Positions 1 to 9,527 of a stretch of DNA of 64,000 bases are shown in pieces (within the stretch, counting starts at the first letter, position 1; each line of letters starts with the position of its first letter). The stretch lies in IMG/VR virus record IMGVR_UViG_3300028676_000003, positions 124,001 through 188,000 of that record, one strand, 5' to 3'. Below the pieces are notes generated by a model. That model was given only the letters and a program-made list of their open reading frames with translations. It was not told the DNA's origin and did no database searches. The position numbers were made by a program, and so were the translations under genes.

Positions 1-2
1 GT

Positions 3-1367
3 GCTTATTCACATACTGAAGGTTCAGGTACAACTGCATCAGGAAACTCAGCTCACGCTGAAGGTATGGGGTCAAGAACCCAAGGACAAGCCGCTCACGC
101 TGAAGGTACTAATACAATTGCAAACGCAAATAATGGACACTCAGAAGGTTTAAATACTATCGTTTTAGGTGAAAATGCTCACGCTGAAGGTGAAGGTACA
201 TCTGCTACAACAAGAAATGCGCATGCTCAAGGTTCAGGGACAACAGCATCAGGTAATAACTCACATGCTGAAGGTTCAGGTACTGTTGCATTCGGACCTA
301 ATTCACATGCTGAAGGTTCTAATACTCAAGCAACTGGAAGTTTTTCACATGCTGAAGGTCTTCAAACTCAAGCATCAGGAGATGCATCACATGCTGAAGG
401 TTATGGTAGTGTTGCTTCAGGTCTTTATTCACATGCTCAAAATGATACAACAATTGCTAGTGGAACATATTCACATGCAGAAGGTCATGGTGCTCAAGCT
501 ATTGGTTATACTTCACACGCTGAAGGAAGCTCAACAGCTTATGGTTATTATTCACACGCTGAAGGTAATTCTACTGCCGCTAATGGTGACTATTCACACT
601 CGCAAGGTAATGAAACAACCGCTAATGGTACTTATGGTTTCGTAGGTGGTTTCCAATCAACAAGTGTTGGTGAATCATCTTTTGCATATGGTACTAAGGT
701 GAATGTATCGGGTGATTGGTCAGTTGGTACTGGAACTGGTTCAACAACTTCTAATGAAGGTTCATTTGTTCACGGTTCAGGTGCTACTTCTGATGGTCTT
801 TGGAGTGTTGCTTTTGGTAGAAACACACAAGTATCAGGAGATTGGTCATTTGGTGCTGGTGCAGGTGTAGTTGTATCAGGTGAGTCATCTGTTGCTTTTG
901 GATGGAATAGTATTGCTGGTGGTTATGCATCTTGTTCTATTGGTGAAAACAATAGAGCTTTAGGTTCTCGTAGTACTGCATTTGGTAGTGGTACACATGC
1001 AAATGACCAATGTTCTTTCTCTTGGGGTCAAAATACACAAGCTAACGGTGCTGGAGCAACAGCCTTTGGAGCAACAACACAAGCTAACGGTGGTGGGTCA
1101 TTTGTTGGTGGTTACTTAAGTAATGCTGACGCTAATAACTCATTCGTATTTGGTTCTGCATCAACTACTAATTCTAATGCTGACTGGTCATTCATTTTAG
1201 GTAATGGAATTACAGCAAACACACCAAATACAGTATTTGTTGAAAGACTTAGTATCAAGACAGCTGGTCCATATGCAAATGATGCGGCCGCAGATGCTGA
1301 TGTGAGTCTTGCATCAGGTGGTCTTTATACTCTAACAGGTTCAAGAGTTGTTTATAGAAAACCATAA
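3..1367 (+). CDS. Tail fibre/adhesin-like protein with ~14-aa SHAEG (YadA-head-like) repeats; 5' end lies outside the window
   Basis: Frame is open from position 3 (AYSHTEGSGTTASGNSAHAEG-MGSR...). Many tandem S/A-HAEG-x-x-T-x-A-x-G repeats grade into S-x-A-x-G repeats. Short C-terminal YANDAAA...GGLY motif. Confidence 0.7.
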   Translation, partial: AYSHTEGSGTTASGNSAHAEGMGSRTQGQAAHAEGTNTIANANNGHSEGLNTIVLGENAHAEGEGTSATTRNAHAQGSGTTASGNNSHAEGSGTVAFGPNSHAEGSNTQATGSFSHAEGLQTQASGDASHAEGYGSVASGLYSHAQNDTTIASGTYSHAEGHGAQAIGYTSHAEGSSTAYGYYSHAEGNSTAANGDYSHSQGNETTANGTYGFVGGFQSTSVGESSFAYGTKVNVSGDWSVGTGTGSTTSNEGSFVHGSGATSDGLWSVAFGRNTQVSGDWSFGAGAGVVVSGESSVAFGWNSIAGGYASCSIGENNRALGSRSTAFGSGTHANDQCSFSWGQNTQANGAGATAFGATTQANGGGSFVGGYLSNADANNSFVFGSASTTNSNADWSFILGNGITANTPNTVFVERLSIKTAGPYANDAAADADVSLASGGLYTLTGSRVVYRKP

Positions 1368-1373
1368 TAATAT

Positions 1374-1616
1374 ATGCCAATATTAATAAAAAAAATAAGT
1401 GGAGAAGCCTTAAAGAATGTTAGCGATAGCATTCTTTATGTTTCTGCCATTAACGGACAAATTCAAAGAGAAGACTATATTAATTTATATGGTTTCATTG
1501 GATATACCCAAAACTTAAGCAGAGTTGAAGAGACTTCATTATTGAATAAACCTTCACCTTTTGGGTTAAAAAATGCTTATGATAATACAATAGTTACACT
1601 AGAAATAAATTATTAA
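1374..1616 (+). CDS. Hypothetical protein (80 aa)
   Basis: ORF packed between neighbours, stop overlaps the next start (TAATG). Confidence 0.6.
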   Translation: MPILIKKISGEALKNVSDSILYVSAINGQIQREDYINLYGFIGYTQNLSRVEETSLLNKPSPFGLKNAYDNTIVTLEINY

Positions 1617-3049
1617 TGAGATATCAAGAACGCATATACATACAAAATGAGAATAAAGCTGTTAGAAATAAAGACATTTTAAATGTTAACATGAGTTCTG
1701 ACATTTGTATTTTCGAGACACCTATGTTTTCATTCAGTGGTGGTACGAAATTAGACTGTAGCACAGGTGCTACCAGTGGTACATCTTATGTTATTACAGG
1801 TTCTACAGATACAATTCCTTTAACGTTTGATTTTACAGCAAATACAAGCAGTTTTATTAACACAAATGCGATATTTAAATACGAAATCTATAAGTATTCA
1901 GATGCAATTGGTGAATTCAACTCAACAGCCGTTTACAAATCAAACCAAATTCCATATTCTGCATTTAGCGCAACAAATTCTACTACACAATATATTCCTT
2001 CAAGTCAATTAGATTTAGATGGTGAATATATTATTAAACCATTTTTCCAATATGGTGCATGTACTGAATTCATGAGCAAGCTTAATAAAAAAATAGATTC
2101 ATCAGTTTATATTACAGGTACTATTTATGGTATTTATAACCCTGAATTGGATTATTATTTTATTGCTGTTAGACAAGCTGAAGTGCCATTCTTTATTGGA
2201 AATACAACTAATAATCCACCAGCATTTGCTTTATTTCAATCAGTTATTCCAGTTGAAAGCGGACAAACTCAAATTGTTATGTCTAATTTATTTGTTGGTG
2301 ATTTTTTATTGTCGTTGAATGGGCTTATTCTTGCTAAGGATGTTGATTACGCTTATAGTGCTCAGATAATCAGTTTATCAGGTTCACTTGTTTCTGATGA
2401 TATCGTAACAATAATTTACACAACTGCTGGTTCTATTCAGTTTAGTAGTGATTATTATAATATTGGTGACCCTATTGTTAGTGGTGCTACTGATATGCAA
2501 GGAACAAATAGTGTTTATTTCAACACAACAACTGGAAAATATGAAGTTTATACCAGTATTACACCAGCAAGTGGTAACGCAATTGTTATGATGCTTAATG
2601 GTGCAACACTAGCAAGTGGGATTGACTACTATCAATCAAGTACTAATCCAAAAAGACTTATTCTTGAAGGTGATTTAATGGTTGGAGATTTAATTACACT
2701 GGTTTATTTACCAGTAATTAGCACTGCTGGTGGTTTAAATACCAACACTCCGCTAGTAACTTGGGTAGTTAGTAACCCACCAACACAAAATAATGGTTAT
2801 TTTTCGTTAGAAGTAAGTACTGGAAATACATTTTCAAATTTTTATTATAGTGGAAATACACCATATGATATTGGTTCGAGTCATTATAGTGATTCATTTG
2901 TTGCAACTGGAAGTGTTGGAACCAAGCTATATTATAGAGTTAAGAATACAAAAGACTATGTAACAATATGTAATGATATTGTAAGTAGCGTTTCGTATAG
3001 TGAGATTATTCCAGTAACAATTCAAACTAATTCGATAAATACATATTAA
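1616..3049 (+). CDS. Putative virion structural protein (baseplate/fibre-associated)
   Basis: Two internal repeats (LSLNGLILAKDVDY / MMLNGATLASGIDY), Thr/Ser/Gly-rich beta-type sequence, FN3-like C-terminus (KLYYRVKN), structural gene context. Confidence 0.55.
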   Translation: MRYQERIYIQNENKAVRNKDILNVNMSSDICIFETPMFSFSGGTKLDCSTGATSGTSYVITGSTDTIPLTFDFTANTSSFINTNAIFKYEIYKYSDAIGEFNSTAVYKSNQIPYSAFSATNSTTQYIPSSQLDLDGEYIIKPFFQYGACTEFMSKLNKKIDSSVYITGTIYGIYNPELDYYFIAVRQAEVPFFIGNTTNNPPAFALFQSVIPVESGQTQIVMSNLFVGDFLLSLNGLILAKDVDYAYSAQIISLSGSLVSDDIVTIIYTTAGSIQFSSDYYNIGDPIVSGATDMQGTNSVYFNTTTGKYEVYTSITPASGNAIVMMLNGATLASGIDYYQSSTNPKRLILEGDLMVGDLITLVYLPVISTAGGLNTNTPLVTWVVSNPPTQNNGYFSLEVSTGNTFSNFYYSGNTPYDIGSSHYSDSFVATGSVGTKLYYRVKNTKDYVTICNDIVSSVSYSEIIPVTIQTNSINTY

Positions 3050-3097
3050 AATATTTACTATTAGATATTTATTAGTAAAATACATAAAAACAAACAT

Positions 3098-5239
3098 ATG
3101 AGTTACATAATTAAAAGTACAAGTCCATTTGTTAGCATTAAGTTAACACAAAAGGGTAGAGAGTCATTAGCACAAGGGAAATTAAATTTCTCATTTTGGG
3201 CTATTGGTGATTCTGAAATAAACTACGGAAGAGAATCTATCGTCGATGCTAATCCTACTGATGTTACATTATCAGCGACTAGTATGGTTTTAAGACCGTT
3301 TGACCAACAACCAAATATAAAAACATTTATTACTCCAAGTAATAATACTGACCCATTCCAAGTAGTTAATAGTTCAGTTATAAACGTTGTAAAAGCAATT
3401 GTAAATAACCAAGCAACTGACAGAGGTTTCTTTAGTCAAAGCGGAAGTACATTTACAACACAAAGTGGTTCAACATATACTCCATATAACACAACAATAG
3501 CAAATACAGTTCTTAACGGTACTAATGTACTTGCTATGACAACAACAAATGTTGCGGTTGGTGACCTTATTATGATTAAGGTTTCAAATACAACTCTTGG
3601 TAACGTAGTTCCTTTTGAAAATGGTAGAGCAATGCCGAATCTTTGGTTCAAGGCCCAAGCAGTTAGTGTTGGTTCAGTAACTCTTGATAGAAACCTACCA
3701 AATTATTCAGCACAATCAACTCTTTCTCAAGTATTTGTTTACAGAGGTGGTGAAGTTTATAATTCAATTGCAACTGGTAGTACAGTAGCTTATTGGGATT
3801 CAGGAACTCTTGCTTTTGATTCAAACAACAGCATTACTTGTGATGATGTTCCAGTTTGGAATATGAACAATGTTTGGTGTGAAAACTTAGCTGGTATTAC
3901 TGGTCTTACTACAACAAATCTTTATGAAGACTACACCAAGTTTGGTTCATTCCCTTATTTAGGAACAAAGTACCCTTATTTGGAGTATGCGTGTGACGGA
4001 ACTGGAATAACTCAATCAACAACATTTGATTGTAACAACGCTGGTGATAGTTATTCTGATGATGTAAGCAAATCTATTAGTATTTTACACTACACAAACA
4101 ATACAATATCAAGTCTTTATGGTGAATTTTTCTATACCGATGTTGATAATGGAAAATATGTTAGAATTTCGTTACCTGACCTTATGTATCATAGAAAATC
4201 AGGTACTACTGCTAGTGGAACTAGTATGGGTATGGATTTTGTTGCTACAGGTACTACAAAATTAATTCAAAATACAGATATTCAATATTTAGATTTATAT
4301 GAGGATTCAGCTTTATTATCAAGCGGTTCAACAGCTCAAGTAGTTGGTAGGGTTTTCCCACAATTAAAAACAGTTGTTATCCATGATGATGAAATCGTGG
4401 CGGCTTCTTCTTACAAATCAAACCGTAATTGGACACTACCTGCATTGACTGCTTCATTACAGTCACCAAGTGGTGGTACTTCTACAGGTATGTTGGATGT
4501 TAACAAAACAATGTATATCACTTATAGCTTACAAAATACGCTTGCAACTGGTTTAAAATCAAGTCTTCCTTGTCAAAAATACACAAAGATTACCAACAAC
4601 ACATCATCTGCTAAGGATATTGCATTTAAAATGAGTGATACTGATTTACTTTCATTCATGCGTAAGATTGAATCAGGTTATGATGGTTATGGTTTCTATG
4701 CTGACAAATTTAAGTTGCTTTACCAAATCGTTGATGATTCTAATGATAGACCTGATGCTGGAGCTTGGAAAGAATATGATTTCACAAGTACTGCTATTAC
4801 TGGTGGAGCTGGGCAAACAATAAACCCTAAATTACTTGAAAATCAATCACCATCAACTCTTGGATTTATCCTTGATTCATTAAAGAATACAGGTGCTACA
4901 ACGTTCGATTTGATTAGCTTGTTAAACTTGCCGACTAATCTTCAACCAACAAATTTACAGTTTGGTGATGAGAGATTCTTCTATGGTAACTTATCAACTT
5001 ACATTGGTGCAACAATTTACAAAACAATCTTTGATATTAGAATAAACGCTAGTCAATTTAACTCGACTACAAACCCTTCTAGAAGCAAAGATATTACAAC
5101 AAGTCTTCCAAATATTAAGGTTAGTGAGATTGGAATTTACGATACAGATAAAAATCTTGTTTGTATTGGAAAATTATCAAATCCAGTAGCTCTTACAAAC
5201 GGAAATACAATCATGATTGAGTTAAGTTTAGATTTCTAA
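3098..5239 (+). CDS. Putative virion structural protein with tail-collar-fibre-like C-terminal domain
   Basis: N-terminal KLTQKGRESLAQG...AIGDSEINY and C-terminal SEIGIYDTDKNLVCIGKLSNPV, both paralogous to the next ORF. TATTTATT motif upstream. Confidence 0.6.
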   Translation: MSYIIKSTSPFVSIKLTQKGRESLAQGKLNFSFWAIGDSEINYGRESIVDANPTDVTLSATSMVLRPFDQQPNIKTFITPSNNTDPFQVVNSSVINVVKAIVNNQATDRGFFSQSGSTFTTQSGSTYTPYNTTIANTVLNGTNVLAMTTTNVAVGDLIMIKVSNTTLGNVVPFENGRAMPNLWFKAQAVSVGSVTLDRNLPNYSAQSTLSQVFVYRGGEVYNSIATGSTVAYWDSGTLAFDSNNSITCDDVPVWNMNNVWCENLAGITGLTTTNLYEDYTKFGSFPYLGTKYPYLEYACDGTGITQSTTFDCNNAGDSYSDDVSKSISILHYTNNTISSLYGEFFYTDVDNGKYVRISLPDLMYHRKSGTTASGTSMGMDFVATGTTKLIQNTDIQYLDLYEDSALLSSGSTAQVVGRVFPQLKTVVIHDDEIVAASSYKSNRNWTLPALTASLQSPSGGTSTGMLDVNKTMYITYSLQNTLATGLKSSLPCQKYTKITNNTSSAKDIAFKMSDTDLLSFMRKIESGYDGYGFYADKFKLLYQIVDDSNDRPDAGAWKEYDFTSTAITGGAGQTINPKLLENQSPSTLGFILDSLKNTGATTFDLISLLNLPTNLQPTNLQFGDERFFYGNLSTYIGATIYKTIFDIRINASQFNSTTNPSRSKDITTSLPNIKVSEIGIYDTDKNLVCIGKLSNPVALTNGNTIMIELSLDF

Positions 5240-5242
5240 GAA

Positions 5243-6436
5243 ATGGGATATATTAATACAGCAACAACACTTACGTTAACTGCAAAGTTAACACCACTTG
5301 GTAGACAAAAACTTGTTTCTACTAATAACGCACTTATAAAAACGTTTAGCTTAGGTGATTCTGACGCTAACTACTACGCAACCAAGACACTACCTACTGG
5401 TCAAGTGCCTAGTCTTGCTGGTAATGTTGGCCCATATGTTAGTACTAGCAATAGTACAACACAATCTATTGGTCTTAAAAGCGTTCTTATGGTTAATACT
5501 TCAGGTTCTCTATACAAGCCTGTTGCATCACAATCATATACGATTCTTTCTGAGATAAAACCTAATGGTGTAAACGTAGTTACTGGTGCCAGTATTACTC
5601 AAAATGTCGTAGATAGAAATAATTTCGCTACTGATGCTCTTGTTAATTTATTTTATTCGTTCGGATTATCGTTGAATAGTGTTGGTGACTCATTATTTAC
5701 AGCAACAACTTATACAAATGGTGGTTTTTCTAATACTGCTTTTAGTGGTCTTGCTCAATCTAAGATTCTTGTTATCGCTATCGATGGTTCACAATATGGT
5801 GAATGTATTGATGGTAAAACAATTAAACTTGAATTACCTACTTCTGCTGGAACATATACTATTTATAGTACTTATCAAGGTGGAGTTTCAAATACTTCAC
5901 AATTAGATGCTTTAAATTCAGATTCTGCTAGTGTTCTTAGTAGATTTGGAAATAATGTTAGCGCATTGGTTTCTGATGATATTATGACACCTAACGGTGG
6001 TGACCCTGCATTGAGTTGGGCAACTGGTTACGGAACTGCAAAGCCATTCTCATTGAATCAGAAACAACCTTATAATTTCCAAACAAACGCAAATCTAGGT
6101 GTAACAGCTGATACTCTTGTGGGTATGGCTTACTTAGATAAAGGTTTCTTGGTTATTACGGACCCTACAATTGTAGGTAATTTTAGTAATATGGCTCCTA
6201 CTATTACTCTTGATAGTGTTTCAACTGATGTTTACCAAAGTATCACTTGTATTGCTGACAGAGGTGAGTTCGGTTCTACAACAAATCCTACATTTAATGT
6301 TGGTGATGTTCCTAGAATTACTGAAATTGGTTTATATGATGACGCAAGCAATCTTATTGCTGTAGCGAAAACTGATAAGCAAATTACCAAAAATGTGAAT
6401 GAATTCCTTGCTTTAGGAATAATTATTAGTCTTTAA
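5243..6436 (+). CDS. Putative virion structural protein, paralog of 3098-5239
   Basis: N-terminal KLTPLGRQKLVS...SLGDSDANY and C-terminal TEIGLYDDASNLIAVAK. Confidence 0.6.
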   Translation: MGYINTATTLTLTAKLTPLGRQKLVSTNNALIKTFSLGDSDANYYATKTLPTGQVPSLAGNVGPYVSTSNSTTQSIGLKSVLMVNTSGSLYKPVASQSYTILSEIKPNGVNVVTGASITQNVVDRNNFATDALVNLFYSFGLSLNSVGDSLFTATTYTNGGFSNTAFSGLAQSKILVIAIDGSQYGECIDGKTIKLELPTSAGTYTIYSTYQGGVSNTSQLDALNSDSASVLSRFGNNVSALVSDDIMTPNGGDPALSWATGYGTAKPFSLNQKQPYNFQTNANLGVTADTLVGMAYLDKGFLVITDPTIVGNFSNMAPTITLDSVSTDVYQSITCIADRGEFGSTTNPTFNVGDVPRITEIGLYDDASNLIAVAKTDKQITKNVNEFLALGIIISL

Positions 6437-6485
6437 CCTTTATTTTATTTTTATCTTGATTAGATTAGGATAAAAAGATTAAAAA

Positions 6486-7142
6486 ATGGAAAAAGAATCA
6501 GAATTTTTATTGGCATTAGACGTATCAACTTCAACAATTGGTATTGCTCTATTTGAAGACTTAGGTGATAAAGGGAAACTTAAATTGTTACACCACGTAT
6601 CACCTAAAGTTAAGCCTAAGCCAAATAATAAAATGGAAGAATTATTCAGAAAGGTTGAAATCTTCGAGAATGAATTCTTATCACACTATAGTGATGTTGG
6701 TATCACTAGAATCGTAATTGAGGAACCTCTTTTACAATCAAATAACGTTTATACCATCGCAACTCTTCTTCGTTTTAACGGAATGATTTCTAAATCTTGT
6801 TGGGACACCATTGGTGTGGTCCCTGAGTTCATTTCTTCATACGATGCACGTAAGTATGCCTTCCCTGAACTTATGGCCGTTAGAAAGGCTAAAAAAGATG
6901 GAACTCCTTTGCCTGAAAAAACCATAGCTAAAAATACACCAGTTCTTTTTGGTGACTATGCTTTTGATATAGATAAAAAATATGTTCTTTGGGAGAAAGT
7001 AGCTGATTTAGAGCCACAAATAACTTGGTTCTTCGATAAAAACAACAAACTTAAAAAAGAAACATTTGATACATCTGATGCGTATACTGCCGCACGTGGT
7101 TATATGAACAAGATGGGTTATTGGAAAATCGAAGATAAATAA
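6486..7142 (+). CDS. RuvC-like Holliday junction resolvase (RNase H fold)
   Basis: LALDVSTSTIG (first catalytic Asp), IVIEEP (Glu), C-terminal FDTSDAYTAA (Asp pair). Confidence 0.75.
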   Translation: MEKESEFLLALDVSTSTIGIALFEDLGDKGKLKLLHHVSPKVKPKPNNKMEELFRKVEIFENEFLSHYSDVGITRIVIEEPLLQSNNVYTIATLLRFNGMISKSCWDTIGVVPEFISSYDARKYAFPELMAVRKAKKDGTPLPEKTIAKNTPVLFGDYAFDIDKKYVLWEKVADLEPQITWFFDKNNKLKKETFDTSDAYTAARGYMNKMGYWKIEDK

Positions 7143-7143
7143 A

Positions 7144-7175
7144 TTTGTGTGAATAAATCTTTTTTCGTACCTTTG
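7144..7175 (+). promoter_or_regulatory. Bacteroidota-type sigma-A promoter for the primase
   Basis: TTTG(7144-47)-N20-TACCTTTG(7168-75) matches the TTTG-N19-21-TAnnTTTG consensus. ATG is 5 nt downstream. Confidence 0.8.
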
Positions 7176-7180
7176 TCCCT

Positions 7181-8155
7181 ATGGCAATGTTATTAGTTAA
7201 TATATTAGAGAGTTTTCTAGGGGATGTTAGAAAGCATAACGAAGATACGGGACAAATCACTTTTGATTGTCCTGCGTGTTCCGCTGAGCAAAACATGCCT
7301 GATGGAGATGGTAAAGGAAACCTAGAAGTTAACTATAATCGTAGTATTTTCAAGTGTTGGGCCTGTCAAGACACCAATAACATGCATGGAGTGATAATGA
7401 AGCTCCTTAAAAAGTATGCCACCCCTAAGAATATACGTGATTACCTACTAGTTAAACCTGATGCTGATACCATTACACCCCTAGAGAAGAAGGAAGTTGT
7501 AGTTACTCTACCTGAAGGCTATAAAAAACTATCAGAATGTACTACCAAGGATTTTAAATACGGTCAAGCAATGAAATATTTGCGTGAACGTGGTATTACT
7601 GATGAAATAATCAGGTATTTTGAAATAGGATATACATACAAGGGTGATTTTTTCAATAGAATTATCATTCCATCGTATGATTCTGAAGGAAAATTGAATT
7701 ATTTCATTGCAAGATGGTTTGGAAATGAGTATACGAAGTTAAAATACATCAATCCAACTGCCGAAAAACAAGAAATAATATTCAACGAAGGTAAAATTAA
7801 CTTTGATGCAACGATTTATCTTGTTGAAGGGGTTACCGACCATATTGTTGTTCCAAATTCTATACCTCTATTAGGAAAATACATCTCAGATAAGCTTATG
7901 GACCTGTTACATGACAATGCTAATGGTAATATAGTAATTGTTCTAGATGATGATGCCTATGAGGATGCTAAGATTCTATACCACCAACTTAATTTTGGTA
8001 ACCTTAGAGATAGAATACGTATAGTAAAGATACAGAATATTGAGGGTCATGACCCGTTGGACCCGTCTAAGATATTTGAAAAGTGGGGTCCTAAAGCTAT
8101 TGTTAGTTTATTAAGAAGTGCTTTTAAACTGCCTGAGACGGATTATTACGTATAA
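7181..8155 (+). CDS. DNA primase (Zn finger + TOPRIM)
   Basis: CPAC...CWAC zinc finger, YLRERGI, RIIIPSY, VEGVTD and LDDDA TOPRIM motifs. Confidence 0.88.
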   Translation: MAMLLVNILESFLGDVRKHNEDTGQITFDCPACSAEQNMPDGDGKGNLEVNYNRSIFKCWACQDTNNMHGVIMKLLKKYATPKNIRDYLLVKPDADTITPLEKKEVVVTLPEGYKKLSECTTKDFKYGQAMKYLRERGITDEIIRYFEIGYTYKGDFFNRIIIPSYDSEGKLNYFIARWFGNEYTKLKYINPTAEKQEIIFNEGKINFDATIYLVEGVTDHIVVPNSIPLLGKYISDKLMDLLHDNANGNIVIVLDDDAYEDAKILYHQLNFGNLRDRIRIVKIQNIEGHDPLDPSKIFEKWGPKAIVSLLRSAFKLPETDYYV

Positions 8156-8648
8156 TTTTAAGTAATTCATCTCTATCAGGATTACCTTTTTTCATAACAA
8201 CCGTAGCTTTATCATCACTATATGACTCTAACTCAGGGTCATTCGCTAAGCCTTGAATCATCTTTGTAAAATTTGGGTTCAAGGTTCTTGCTTTTGTTAC
8301 ATATATATGACCGAAATCCATAATGAAAGCTTTCATTAATTTTGGAGCAACACCCATTCCTTGTAATTTATCTGATAAAAACAAGTGTGGATGAAAATAT
8401 GTACCTTTAATTTGTTGAATGCTGAAAACTATTGAATCAGAAAACTTATTCAATTCAGGATTTTTAAATTTTACATCAAAATAGAATGTTGATACACCAT
8501 CGTCTTTTTTAACATCAAGAATAATATCGTGCCACGTAATGTTTTTTAACATTTGTAGGTCTTCAGGTGTTGGTTGTGTATTTTGTGGTAAATCAAATGA
8601 TGGCATACTCACAGCCTCACGAATTTTATCTTTTATAAACTTCTTCAT
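8124..8648 (-). CDS. Hypothetical protein, possible GNAT-fold acetyltransferase
   Basis: HLFLSDKLQGMGVAPKLMKAF resembles the GNAT acetyl-CoA motif Q/R-x-x-G-x-G/A. TATTTATA lies 11 nt upstream. Overlaps the primase 3' end by 32 nt. Confidence 0.5.
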   Translation of the reverse strand: MKKFIKDKIREAVSMPSFDLPQNTQPTPEDLQMLKNITWHDIILDVKKDDGVSTFYFDVKFKNPELNKFSDSIVFSIQQIKGTYFHPHLFLSDKLQGMGVAPKLMKAFIMDFGHIYVTKARTLNPNFTKMIQGLANDPELESYSDDKATVVMKKGNPDRDELLKIIRNNPSQAV

Positions 8649-8693
8649 AACTTTTAATTATAAATATTTGGAACCTACAAGAAAAAATAGTGT

Positions 8694-9389
8694 TTAATAT
8701 TTTTTTCTATTTAAATTACCTTCATAAATAATACCATTAATTTCTCTCGTTGTTGACCATAAAGGTCTTAAGTTTTCTAATGAATTTACAATTATTATTG
8801 GTGTATCTTTATTATAAGTAACAATTGGTTTGATATGGTCAATATGCCACTCACCATAATTTTCCCAAGTCATACCATCTGTGAACAACGATTCAAGATG
8901 TGATTTAAGTTCTAATGCTGAATAACCTAATAAATTAATCGTTTTATTTTCCTTTTTTTGACCTAACCGTTTTAATGAATTATTTAATACATTTCTCCAA
9001 GCTATTATATGTTTTATTTTATCACGATATTCTTTTGTTTTACCACTTTCTTTATAAAATTGTTGTCTTTCTTTTATTTTAGATTTATTATCGTCTGAAT
9101 ATTTTTTAACTGAAGCTTTTATTTCATCTTTATTATCAATGTAGTGTTTTGCTCTTCTATCTTTATTTTTATCACTTTTAGAATATTTATTATTTTTTTG
9201 TTTCACCTTATCTGGATTATTATTAACCCAAATCTTATATTTTTCTTTATTTTTTTCGCTATAATTTTTGTTTAAAGTACTTTGACATGATTTACAAATA
9301 TATTTCAAATTATCTTTAGGGTCATTACCTTTATTGTATTCTGTTAATGATTTATCTTCTAAACATTTTCTACAGTTTTTAGTTTCCAT
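8694..9389 (-). CDS. Free-standing HNH endonuclease (probable homing endonuclease) with N-terminal Zn ribbon
   Basis: CRKC...CKSC, Lys-rich helical middle, TWENYGEWHIDHIKP...NLRPLW...GN. Start moved to METKN (9389) because TATTTATA lies 12 nt upstream of it. Confidence 0.8.
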   Translation of the reverse strand: METKNCRKCLEDKSLTEYNKGNDPKDNLKYICKSCQSTLNKNYSEKNKEKYKIWVNNNPDKVKQKNNKYSKSDKNKDRRAKHYIDNKDEIKASVKKYSDDNKSKIKERQQFYKESGKTKEYRDKIKHIIAWRNVLNNSLKRLGQKKENKTINLLGYSALELKSHLESLFTDGMTWENYGEWHIDHIKPIVTYNKDTPIIIVNSLENLRPLWSTTREINGIIYEGNLNRKKY

Positions 9390-9409
9390 ATTTCTTTTTA
9401 CTATAAATA

Positions 9410-9441
9410 GTTGCAACTATTGAAAAAATTCGGTAACTTTG
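9410..9441 (+). promoter_or_regulatory. Bacteroidota-type promoter (distal) upstream of the DNA polymerase
   Basis: GTTG-N20-TAACTTTG. Confidence 0.6.
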
Positions 9442-9474
9442 TCATACAAAGTTAAAAAAAAATCTTGGTTATCT

Positions 9475-9506
9475 CTTGCATTTACCTTAATTTGGTCGTA
9501 CCTTTG
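9475..9506 (+). promoter_or_regulatory. Bacteroidota-type promoter (proximal) upstream of the DNA polymerase
   Basis: CTTG-N20-TACCTTTG. Confidence 0.7.
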
Positions 9507-9520
9507 TATAAATATTTATA
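9507..9520. promoter_or_regulatory. Palindromic back-to-back TATTTATA motif between the divergent HNH and polymerase genes
   Basis: TATAAATATTTATA is a perfect 14-bp palindrome. An identical copy is at 16704-16717. Confidence 0.55.
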
Positions 9521-9527
9521 ACTAACT

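Noticed and set aside
3-1367. Diversity-generating retroelement target in the repetitive fibre gene
   Set aside because: No reverse transcriptase and no template/variable repeat pair differing at adenines. The repeats are in-frame protein repeats.
9390-9416. N-terminal extensions in the track for HNH (MQLFIVKRN) and for 41506-41559
   Set aside because: Both run through a TATTTATA motif. The downstream ATGs (9389, 41560) have the usual spacing.
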